Virus record (IMG/VR): IMGVR_UViG_3300021430_000613
Coordinates: 7,767 to 71,766 of that record
Length of the DNA: 64,000 bases
Direction: 5' to 3' (one strand)
Origin: a virus
Lineage: Duplodnaviria; Caudoviricetes
In this document: positions 1-8,900 of the stretch, piece after piece
Numbering within the stretch: position 1 is the stretch's first letter
Layout of the letters: each line of letters starts with the position of its first letter
The notes under the pieces: generated by a model
What the model saw: only the letters and a program-made list of their open reading frames with translations
Databases searched by the model: none
What the model was told of the DNA's origin: nothing
Position numbers and translations under genes: made by a program

Positions 1-351
1 ATATGGTGGAATTATTAAATCTTTATTTTCCTTTTGTATTGGTTTAACAATATCGATATATAATGCTGTTTTATGTTTATTTTTATAATTAAAAATTTCT
101 TTTGTTGTTATTGTTTGATTTTTCTTAGTCCAAAAACCAGAGGTTATATTCCATAAATGATCAGCATCGGCGATAATTGATTCCCCATTGTCAAACGTAA
201 CCTCATAACATTTATGATTATACATTATTTCTGTAGCAAATGTTACAGTTGTTTCTTTCCCGTCTGCACCTAATATTTTATCTCCAATTTTAATATCTCC
301 CATTGTTGTCCATCCAGTTGGTGTAGCAATAGGAGTTCGTATATCTAATGC
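1..351 (-). mobile_element. Intein (Ala1, class 3-like) inserted in the TerL Walker A motif, partial
   Basis: After PRQSGK the frame reads ALDIRTPIATPTGWTTMGDIKIGD (block A), then FDNGESIIADADHLW (block B with Trp), and ends IIPPY, which typically precedes a LAGLIDADG motif. Confidence 0.88.
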
Positions 352-603
352 CTTACCACTTTGTCGCGGAATCATAGCTATAACATTACGATATGTCCAA
401 TAATTTTTGATAAGATCTTTTTGAAACCCGTATGCTTCAAATTTAATTTTACCTCTAGTTGGATGCTGTACATAAAGGTAATTTTCCATAAAATATAAAG
501 GATCTCTTGCACATGCAAAAAATTCTTTCATTTGCGGAGGAGTGAAACTCGTAGGAAGATTAGGCGGTTTAAGTTTTACGAAATCGTGATTTTTTCTTGG
601 CAT
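1..603 (-). CDS. terL: Large terminase subunit (T4 gp17-like), N-terminal part, intein-containing; runs off window edge
   Basis: Absent from the ORF track. Manual translation from ATG at 603 gives MPRKNHDF...CARDPLYFMENYLYVQHPTRGKIKFEAYGFQKDLIKNYWTYRNVIAMIPRQSGK (T4-like TerL N-terminus and Walker A); frame open to position 1. Confidence 0.92.
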   Translation of the reverse strand, partial: MPRKNHDFVKLKPPNLPTSFTPPQMKEFFACARDPLYFMENYLYVQHPTRGKIKFEAYGFQKDLIKNYWTYRNVIAMIPRQSGKALDIRTPIATPTGWTTMGDIKIGDKILGADGKETTVTFATEIMYNHKCYEVTFDNGESIIADADHLWNITSGFWTKKNQTITTKEIFNYKNKHKTALYIDIVKPIQKENKDLIIPPY

Positions 604-604
604 T

Positions 605-850
605 TTAATTTACTTTTGTATAATATTCAATAGGCCGCCAATTATGTTGGGCGCTATCAGCTATACTTATCAAAGCTTCTGCTATTACTGCATTAATATT
701 TTTATGCCAATGATTTAAAAATTTATGTGTCTTTACAAGTTCTGGAACAAAATCGTCATATCCCCAGGTAAATTCTTGTAACAACGACGGAAAATCATTT
801 CTATAATAGATAATTTGCAAAATAACAGGTTTAGTAGATATTAATCGCAT
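605..850 (-). CDS. usg: Usg-like family protein
   Basis: ILQIIYYRNDFPSLLQEFTWGYDDFVPELVKTHKFLNHW matches the Usg pattern (I.Y..PD.P.LLQ...W...D..P......FL..W); stop is 1 nt from the terL ATG. Confidence 0.7.
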   Translation of the reverse strand: MRLISTKPVILQIIYYRNDFPSLLQEFTWGYDDFVPELVKTHKFLNHWHKNINAVIAEALISIADSAQHNWRPIEYYTKVN

Positions 851-910
851 ACTGCCTCCTTTTTACTATTGATAAAAGTATAGCCGTATTGCAAAAAAGA
901 TAATAGCATT

Positions 911-1462
911 TTATTTAAGCGCAGGCTGCCTTTCTATTGTGCTCATTGGACTGTGGCTACCATCATCTACTGGAGTTTCGTCACTGAGCGGGTCTTTATC
1001 AAATTCTGGTTTTGTTGGATCGCTTAGCGGGCTATAATTACCTGCTTCGTTTTCCCGTTCTTCTGCTAAAAATTCAGAATACTTATCTATTAAGTTTGCA
1101 TGAATTTCTGAAATTAAAGGGTTATCACCTAATGATCCTTTTACAATACGTTGTGGCAGCTTGCTACCATTCCATATATATGTTGATGGATCAACTTCGT
1201 GACCTTCTTCATCATTTTCCTGCTTACTGTAATCATATTCTGCTTGTTCTTCGTCTAGGTTTGCAGAGTATGGACAATCATCTTGAGCGTGGTTGTCTGC
1301 TCCACACGACTCACAATCAGTTACAGTAGAGTTCATTGACTGAATTTCACCATCAGAAGATGATGGATTCTTAACACCTGCAAGTGTAAAAATTCGAACA
1401 ACATCGTCTGGCATTTCATTTAAATCAGAATGAACAACATTTAATTTTTCATTTATTGCCAT
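911..1462 (-). CDS. Acidic hypothetical protein with CCHC zinc knuckle; possible head-internal protein
   Basis: 183-aa ORF in the structural operon; CESCGADNHAQDDC = C-x2-C-x4-H-x4-C; very D/E rich. Confidence 0.6.
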   Translation of the reverse strand: MAINEKLNVVHSDLNEMPDDVVRIFTLAGVKNPSSSDGEIQSMNSTVTDCESCGADNHAQDDCPYSANLDEEQAEYDYSKQENDEEGHEVDPSTYIWNGSKLPQRIVKGSLGDNPLISEIHANLIDKYSEFLAEERENEAGNYSPLSDPTKPEFDKDPLSDETPVDDGSHSPMSTIERQPALK

Positions 1463-1466
1463 AATT

Positions 1467-2252
1467 TTAGTCCTTCCTTACAGGCATTGTTGTTTGTTTT
1501 AATTTTCCTGTTTTATTATTTTTGGTAAATTTTACAACTGGTACTGAGCTATTTGCTAGTTGACCGTGACTATCGACATACATTGAATTAACCGGTGTTG
1601 TATCAGATCCAGCTGTTGTTGGTTTTGGTGTATCAATATGCTTGTTAAAATCGCTAGTGTCTTGGTGAGGTTCTTGCGGTGGTACTTCTTCTTTTATCCA
1701 ACTGAACAACGCACTTGGCGGTTCAACAATTTGTGACGGACGAGATTCCTCTACACTTGATAGGTAGGCTAAGAAATTTTTATTGTACTCATTACCAAAT
1801 AAATTAGTTATAGGTGGTTGTTCAGCATCTGTATATAAGCGGTCGGTGCTTAATCTAGCAGCATTAGAAAATCCTTGTTTTTTTGCTTCTGCATTCTGAG
1901 AACGCTTCCATGAGTCAACTTCTGCATAAATTTGTATTGGTTCGTCGCTGCTGCGTACAACCATATGGTCTTCACTTATATTGGCAGCAGTCTTTAAATC
2001 TTGTAAAAGTATGTATTGACTTACAGGTGTACCTAACGTAATTTCTATGACATATATACTACGATTAGGAACATCAATAAAATCTTTAGTGTCGTTTTTA
2101 ATTTCAGCTAGCTTACTTGATGATTTTAGATCAAATCTAGTTAACCAGTTTTCAATAACCTCTACTTGCTCTTCAGTAGGTTTCATTGCAAACTTAATAA
2201 TATAAACATGATTTTTAGCACCTTCTGCTAGATATTTTTGAAAATTTTTCAT
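1467..2252 (-). CDS. Hypothetical virion-associated protein
   Basis: ORF track 1467..2273; the ATG at 2252 is preferred because AGGAG lies 10 nt upstream and a GATAAATA late promoter is at 2275-2282. Confidence 0.65.
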   Translation of the reverse strand: MKNFQKYLAEGAKNHVYIIKFAMKPTEEQVEVIENWLTRFDLKSSSKLAEIKNDTKDFIDVPNRSIYVIEITLGTPVSQYILLQDLKTAANISEDHMVVRSSDEPIQIYAEVDSWKRSQNAEAKKQGFSNAARLSTDRLYTDAEQPPITNLFGNEYNKNFLAYLSSVEESRPSQIVEPPSALFSWIKEEVPPQEPHQDTSDFNKHIDTPKPTTAGSDTTPVNSMYVDSHGQLANSSVPVVKFTKNNKTGKLKQTTMPVRKD

Positions 2253-2273
2253 TTCGTGCATGCTCCTGTGCAT

Positions 2274-2759
2274 TTATTTATCACTAGAAGGCAAATCTTT
2301 GAGCATTTTTAACAGTTCAGTTCTGTCAATTCTAGTGACCTGTCCGGTTATGGTATTATCAGAATCATCTTTTGACATTCTATCGATACGCATCTTATCT
2401 AATTGCAATCTCATTAATCTCAATTTTTTTTCAACTTTTAAATTTTTTGCATCAACTGCAATTTTTAACATCTGACTAGAGCTGCTAAAAATTTCACCAG
2501 CATGACGAATCTCAACATTCATTCCAAGCTCTTGTAGATCTTTATGTGCTTGTATGGCCATTTGAGCCAGATCATCCATTTCTTCATCATGTTGATCATA
2601 GCCGTCAATCTTGTCTAGCTGATTTTCAAGATCTTGTGCTTTTTGTAATGCTTCTTTAACTTCTTCTTCGGATGGTTCAGAAACTGTTTCAGTATTTTCA
2701 GCAAGTGCTAATTTTGGTAATTCAAGCACTTCTTCAAGTTTATCAAATTGTTTGCTCAT
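2274..2759 (-). CDS. Helical protein, candidate small terminase subunit
   Basis: 161 aa, acidic N-terminus, helical core; overlaps the gp4 stop (ATGA); lies between gp4 and terL. The TerS call is positional inference. Confidence 0.45.
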   Translation of the reverse strand: MSKQFDKLEEVLELPKLALAENTETVSEPSEEEVKEALQKAQDLENQLDKIDGYDQHDEEMDDLAQMAIQAHKDLQELGMNVEIRHAGEIFSSSSQMLKIAVDAKNLKVEKKLRLMRLQLDKMRIDRMSKDDSDNTITGQVTRIDRTELLKMLKDLPSSDK

Positions 2760-3208
2760 TTTTTCTTCTTCTTTAATTGTTTGCCGTTTGTAATGTAAAT
2801 ATCTTTTTCTGTGAGAACTCTAAAAGTAACACCATGTTTTTTGCACCATGTTAGTGCAGCAGCCCATTTAGCTGTATTTAATAGTAGAGCACTTTTATCT
2901 TTTTTACTTTTTGCATTTTCTGCAATAGCCTCTTTTGATGGTTTTACTTCAACTAATTCAACTCGTTGTTTATTATTTTTATCTTTGTACATAATTAAAA
3001 AATCTGGAATATAAACAGTTCGTTTACCTGTTAGAGGATTTACATACGGAATAGAAACACTTTCACTGGCCCATTGAAGTATATTTGGATGTTTATCTAG
3101 CAGTGTCATCACAGTTAATTCCCATGATGACCTATACATCGGAGTAGGATTACCAATTAATTTTTGTGGATTTTGAGGTATAAACTGTCCTTGACTATAT
3201 TTGCTCAT
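2756..3208 (-). CDS. gp4: Head completion nuclease (T4 gp4, TnsA-like PD-(D/E)XK)
   Basis: MSKYSQGQFIPQNPQK..YRSSWEL..WASES..IPY..Y.PDF..LVEVKP. Confidence 0.9.
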   Translation of the reverse strand: MSKYSQGQFIPQNPQKLIGNPTPMYRSSWELTVMTLLDKHPNILQWASESVSIPYVNPLTGKRTVYIPDFLIMYKDKNNKQRVELVEVKPSKEAIAENAKSKKDKSALLLNTAKWAAALTWCKKHGVTFRVLTEKDIYITNGKQLKKKKK

Positions 3209-3681
3209 GGTTGATTTGTGATTGCCGCAGCAATACTTCCTCTTAATGTTGGATTGTTAACCCATGCTGGATTTCCGTCACCTACAAAAACTCCAACCTG
3301 CGAACTTTTTGGCTTGAAAGTATTGTAAGCAGATATTAAATTCATACTAATAGTCTGATTAGCAAATAATTGCTCCACTGGTATACCGTTTGTTACAGAA
3401 ACATATGCAGCGACACTGGCTATCGCTTCAATAAATTCAGATGGTGTAGCAGGATCTGTAAAATAACTACGTGCAATTGTCAATGCTCGGTTAGTTAACT
3501 TTGGATCGTTAGGACGTTGAGGGTTAGCTAACAAATTTGCATCAACTTGCTGAGTTGGTAGTATTTGACCGGTAATAGTGTTAACAAATTGATATGTACC
3601 GTTATTAGCTGTAATACCAATTTGTCCGCTTCTAGTAGCTAGTTGTTTTTTAATTATACCTTGTGTGAAATTTTCAGCCAT
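3205..3681 (-). CDS. Hypothetical protein in the tail/head operon
   Basis: 158-aa ORF, ATGA overlap with gp4, same strand as neighbours. Confidence 0.65.
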   Translation of the reverse strand: MAENFTQGIIKKQLATRSGQIGITANNGTYQFVNTITGQILPTQQVDANLLANPQRPNDPKLTNRALTIARSYFTDPATPSEFIEAIASVAAYVSVTNGIPVEQLFANQTISMNLISAYNTFKPKSSQVGVFVGDGNPAWVNNPTLRGSIAAAITNQP

Positions 3682-3694
3682 AATACCTCGCTAA

Positions 3695-4597
3695 TTAAAA
3701 CATGGGAATTCGTCCGTTATTACCAGGAAATGGTGCCGTTCTCCCAAATGCAAGTCTAGATGGCGGATTAACTGGTAGAAATTCATCTCTACGAACTGCT
3801 GTTTGAGATATATAATCTTGTTTAGTCTGAGTGGTAGTTAACCTTGGTTGGTCAGCTAATAAACTCACTTGTGTAGCAGTAGGTTGATCAACGTCTAAAG
3901 CATCGATAGGTAAAAATCCAGTATCGTCATCAAACGAAAAGAACGCTCCAAATTTTTCATATTCTATGTATTCATATTTAAATGTTATATTTGCATCCTC
4001 AAGATCGCTTGATGAGTAATCTTTTTGTTGCCAGTCGATACCGGTTATTTTAGGATTTATATAACTAAATTTAGTAACAGTACGTGCAAAATATGCTGAA
4101 ATTGAGATCTTATTAAAAAAGTTAGTTTCTTCGGTGAGAGGTCTTAATCCCCATCCTGTTGAATCAACAAACTTAGCATCTGTTGGATTTAATGCACTAG
4201 CAGTTGATGGTTTAAGTCTGCTATCACCAAAATAATAGGTAAAATAGTTTACCCAAAAATTCAAAACACTGTTATCAACTGTGTCATATATCCTTAATTG
4301 TGCATCGGCGTAATCAAGTTTTGTATAAACAATTCTTTTCTTATTATAATTATTCAGCTCTTGTGCAGTTAATGTTATTCGTGGTTTGTCTATCGTTTTA
4401 ACTTTAAATGCAATTGACCTCATATCAGTTGATGAGTTTAAATTAAGGTTGTTTAACATGTTTTGTGCAGCAGGATTTAGATAAAACTCTGCTTTAAACA
4501 TAAATTTAGTGCGCGGAACAGACCTAAATAGCTGACCAGGCGAATCAAGTCCAAATACTCGGGCTGCTATTTTTGGTGATCGAACATAAGTAACCAT
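3695..4597 (-). CDS. Tail-tube-fold protein (tube initiator / gp54- or gp19-like)
   Basis: VKTIDKPRITL....N.YNKKR.VYTK.DY....L..YDT and ANITFKYEY, a tube-fold signature; adjacent to the tail tube gene. Confidence 0.7.
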   Translation of the reverse strand: MVTYVRSPKIAARVFGLDSPGQLFRSVPRTKFMFKAEFYLNPAAQNMLNNLNLNSSTDMRSIAFKVKTIDKPRITLTAQELNNYNKKRIVYTKLDYADAQLRIYDTVDNSVLNFWVNYFTYYFGDSRLKPSTASALNPTDAKFVDSTGWGLRPLTEETNFFNKISISAYFARTVTKFSYINPKITGIDWQQKDYSSSDLEDANITFKYEYIEYEKFGAFFSFDDDTGFLPIDALDVDQPTATQVSLLADQPRLTTTQTKQDYISQTAVRRDEFLPVNPPSRLAFGRTAPFPGNNGRIPMF

Positions 4598-4611
4598 AAG
4601 TTTATTTATTT

Positions 4612-4640
4612 AAAAAAAAAGGCAGTATAATAACTGCCTT
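4612..4640 (-). terminator. Rho-independent terminator after the tail tube gene
   Basis: AAGGCAGT-ataata-ACTGCCTT stem followed on the minus strand by a T9 run. Confidence 0.85.
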
Positions 4641-4660
4641 ATTAGAAAATTTTAATAGTT

Positions 4661-5281
4661 TTATGCTAATGATCCGCCAGATTTTGGATATGCAAGTGGG
4701 TTATTTTCATTTCCTTGTGTTGCATTATCATAGCGAATAGTCATTGAGATCATAGTTGAGTCTGAGCTCTTATAATCAAATTGATCGTATTCTACCTGTT
4801 GAATATAGCATCCTTCAAGCCACCATATTTCAAGTATGCCAGGAGTCATTGAACCGTCAAGAGTTTCAATAGTCATATTAAACTTATAATTTCTTCCGGC
4901 TGTAGCTGCACTCTGTGTATAATGATTCATTTGTTTATTAACTTGCAGACTAACCAAACTTGTTAATTGATTTGAAACATCATCACGTAATGTCATCTGT
5001 ATTTCTGACCAAACTGGCTTCTGTGCAACATATGCAATATTATTATAACTATGTATTTCAGTGGCACTATAGTTTAGTGTTGGTCGTCCAACTGTTTCAA
5101 CTTGTCTTGTTAAGTTTATTGCAGCTCCGATAGCAGCATTTCCGCCAAAGCCATAAACTGAAACACGAAATCTATGCTTAAGTTTAGGCATTAATATGCC
5201 GTTACCCGAACCGAGCTCTATAGGAACACCAAACTTATCTAGAGTACCTTGAAAACCTCTATTTTCTGAAACTACTGCCAT
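4661..5281 (-). CDS. gp19: Tail tube protein (gp19-like)
   Basis: MPKLKHRFRV..LTRQVETVGRP..AQKPVWSEI..TLRDD..W.LEGCYI....Y...DY..SD...I..TIRYDNA; directly downstream of the sheath region. Confidence 0.85.
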   Translation of the reverse strand: MAVVSENRGFQGTLDKFGVPIELGSGNGILMPKLKHRFRVSVYGFGGNAAIGAAINLTRQVETVGRPTLNYSATEIHSYNNIAYVAQKPVWSEIQMTLRDDVSNQLTSLVSLQVNKQMNHYTQSAATAGRNYKFNMTIETLDGSMTPGILEIWWLEGCYIQQVEYDQFDYKSSDSTMISMTIRYDNATQGNENNPLAYPKSGGSLA

Positions 5282-5307
5282 TTTATAAATACCTCCATGC
5301 TGTGAAG

Positions 5308-5315
5308 TATTTATG
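5308..5315 (-). promoter_or_regulatory. T4-like late promoter (CATAAATA) for the tail tube gene
   Basis: Variant of the gp55 consensus TATAAATA just upstream of a GGAGG SD and ATG 5281. Confidence 0.65.
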
Positions 5316-5360
5316 ACAGATCAATTTTTTTTGAATATACCTATAAATTTATAGGTTATT

Positions 5361-5645
5361 TTAAGCATGGCCTATTTGGCCGTAGTTAGATTCGTCTGAT
5401 ATTTTAATATGAGTATTGCAACTTTGATCTATGATAGATTTACATATCTTACCGTATCGTTCCCTATTATTATCTGAAGTCTGAGCTAATAGGATACCTA
5501 TATTTGTAGACAATGCAGATAAAAGTAAATGATACGATTGTTCGTCGTCTACTACCTTACGCATGTTTACCAAATAACGGTAAATGTCCGCATATAATAA
5601 TTGATTTAGTGCTATTTGTAATTCTGGTAAACTTAATTCATCCAT
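5361..5645 (-). CDS. Hypothetical protein
   Basis: 94-aa ORF inserted between the sheath and tube genes. Confidence 0.55.
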   Translation of the reverse strand: MDELSLPELQIALNQLLYADIYRYLVNMRKVVDDEQSYHLLLSALSTNIGILLAQTSDNNRERYGKICKSIIDQSCNTHIKISDESNYGQIGHA

Positions 5646-5647
5646 TA

Positions 5648-5848
5648 TTAGTCTTTTGCTTTTTTTGTATTACTAATTAGTATGTTTACTATTGAACCAT
5701 CATCAGTGTTTTCGGAGTAATTTATAGACAACCATTCTTCAACTTCTAAACATGTACGCTTATTCTCTGCAACCAATCGTAACATTTGAATAGCATCTTC
5801 TAACTGCAATTGTAATGCATTAACCTGATTTTCTCGTTTAGTCGTCAT
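5648..5848 (-). CDS. Hypothetical protein
   Basis: 66-aa ORF with TTGACA upstream (5877-5882, minus strand). Confidence 0.55.
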   Translation of the reverse strand: MTTKRENQVNALQLQLEDAIQMLRLVAENKRTCLEVEEWLSINYSENTDDGSIVNILISNTKKAKD

Positions 5849-5965
5849 GGATAAATATTTACTTCTTTTATGTTAATTGTCAATAGTTTATTTAGTAGTA
5901 TGATACTGTTATCAAACAAAATTATTATAACAATGAAATATTATATAATATTGTGAAGATGTAAT

Positions 5966-5993
5966 AAAAAAGGGAGCTAAATGCTCCCTTTTT
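5966..5993. terminator. Bidirectional terminator after the tail sheath gene
   Basis: AAAAAAGGGAGC-taaat-GCTCCCTTTTT. Confidence 0.85.
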
Positions 5994-5994
5994 A

Positions 5995-8900
5995 TTAAGC
6001 TGCTACTCCTGACGGTAGAGGATCGCCGGTATTTAATATACGTATTGGTATATAAACAAATTCGATGGCCTTTTCTGGTTTAATAGCTACGTCAATCCAT
6101 AGTTCATTTCGATCAATTCTATCAGGTGTATTGTTTGATGTATCACATACAACCGCAAAATCATATACAGCTCTAGTAGAAATCATAGTATTCATAAATG
6201 ATATGAATGATTGTGTCACATTTTGTCTAGTTTGAGAATCATTTGGTTCAAACAAGAAAGGATTTGCAAGTTGATCAAATTGATATTTTAAGTAATTAAT
6301 TAGACGTGCTACATTAATTCTATCAAGTGCACTTGAAACTGGACTTAGTGTTTTTTGTCCATAGACCACAAGTCCTCTATTTGGAATGTTAGCAATTGGA
6401 TTTATTTTATTTCTATATAAAATATCTCGTTGTCCTTGATTTAACGAAACTGGTATATAATCACCTTCGTTGTTTACATAACCAACACTGGTTACACCAG
6501 TTACTAATCCGCGATTATATCCTGCTGGTGCAAACCATGGATATGCAACTTGGTCATTGAATGCTATGGTACGTAGTGCCATCATACTTGGTGGTACAAC
6601 AACACTGCTACCATCGAGATTAGTACCAAGTCCCCATGGATAATATAGTCCAACATATGGACTTGATACTGTTAATCCATCGACACCCATTTCTGCAGCA
6701 TTATTAGCATTAGTTGCCCAGTTCTGCAGATCGGTTGCAGTGCTTGGAAGTGTGTTTGGTGTATCACCAACAATAAATGCTACTTCTTTCTTATCTGTGT
6801 TTAGAGCTATCATTTCATCTATACATTCTGGATAACCAGGTACGGCAATAAGATTGAAGAAATTTTCTTCTGCACGAGCTTCATCGCTAGCAGCTAGCGC
6901 ACCTTGAAGACCGTTTATTATGACCTTACGTTGTGCAGCTGATCCCATGTACGGACTGCCATCTGTACGGTTTCCGCTAGCAGTAACCCAACGTGCTGTC
7001 CAATCAAGTTCTGGGAAATAATCTGGACGATATACTTTAACATTGTTAGTGCTATAGCGTGTGTTAAACAGCAGCATACCGGCAGGATATAATAATGCAT
7101 TAGGTGCATCTGGATCTAATCCGTCGTCGCTAAGAACCATTACACTAGGAACAACACTACCTGTAGGAGTTCCCGTTGCATTGGCTCTTGCATCAGCGAA
7201 AACAATACCTTGAGAAGTTGTTTGGTCTGTGTTGTCAATTAAAACCCAGCGTTGGGTTATTGCATTGTAGCGATAAATTTGTGGATATGGTGTAACAGCA
7301 GTATCTACCCATAAATCATAATCTACAAGAGGTGCACCTGTACTTTGTGTAATTGGTGCAATACTGCTTAACAATGGACCGTTTGGATCAGTAGCTGGGT
7401 AATAATTTCTATAACCTAGCCATTGAGTACCGTTGTTAACCATTATATCAACACGAAGGTTTGTATTATACCAAAGTGTGCCGTCCGCTGGTGTGCCGCG
7501 CGGAACAGATGCACTTGGAGTATATTCAAGCGGTATCCATGCTGCACTACCAGACCCAAGAATTTGCCACTGATAAACTTCTTGAGTAGCTTCGGCTGGT
7601 GTAATACCGTCTGTATTGTACCTTACGTAAGTACTACCTAGCTGTTTTAATCCTCCAAATCCAGCATCTGCTGCTGAATTTGAATCGTACATTGGCAATG
7701 TTCCTGTACTTGGACGAGTATTCAATTGTTGCCAAGTGCTTCCGTTATAAGTCTTAACAACATAATTTGCTCCTTGATTGGTAGCAGTTGTGTTAATCCA
7801 AATATTATCACTTGCAATATCACTTACAGTCGATGGAGGTGTTAAGCTTGGAGCCCATCCTTGATAGACTAGTTTACGTCCAAAGGTTATTCCTGCAGAT
7901 ATTCCTGCATCTTCAAGAGGTAGCCCGGATAAATCTTCTAAGCTAAATGCTGTATTATTATTATTAACAATCTTTAAATAATTGTCAGATCCAGATGTTA
8001 CAATAGATGCTTCTATTGGACCACCATTATCAATACCAATTGAGCTAGCATTAATTGCATTTTTTACACCTGTAATTGTATTACCAGGTGAAACTGGAAT
8101 TTCAATTGTAACTGGGACCCCAGTGCCTGGATCAATTGTAAATTCGCTTCCTATAAGTTCTCCAGTGACGTTAACGGTACATCCTGTACCACCACCAGCG
8201 CTTGAAGTAGCTACGTTGGTAATAGGAGAAACATATGCCGAGTATTCACCGCTATTAAGTATAGAAAGTGTGCTTACACCTAGTGTTATAACAATTTCTG
8301 CACCTGCTGCTGCTGGATTTGCAACGTCTTGTGCGTCTGCTGTATTTGTTACTGCACTGGTGCTATTATATACACCAGCATTGGTAATTGATATTGAATC
8401 AATGATACCCCCTGGTAATACACTATCAACTGTAATGATAGCCGGTGTTGTCCATCCTAACCCACCAGAAACGGCATTCCATGTTAGAGTATCACCAGCT
8501 GTATAATTTGTACCGCCGTCTGAAATGCTAACAGATACACATCTTGCACTAGTTACTTTAAATGTACTAGCTGATACAGATGTTCCACCTGTTAAAGTAA
8601 GAGTATCATCAACTTCATATCCTGTACCAGGGTTATTAACTGCTACAGTCTGAGTTCTTGTCTGGCTTGCAGTAAATGATGGATTTGAAACAGATCCTGT
8701 TACACTTGCCCAGTACGTATTTGTAACTGGCATGCCACAATCTCTAAATGGATGACCAGCTGTGTCAGCTTGGTTACCGATGTCATTAATTTTAATATCA
8801 GTGCCATCAAAGTTAGTTATTCTTAAATAATTTTTGCTTCCAACAGTGTATACACTTGCATATGCATTAGTACCAGCACCTGAATTTGAAGCATCTAGTG

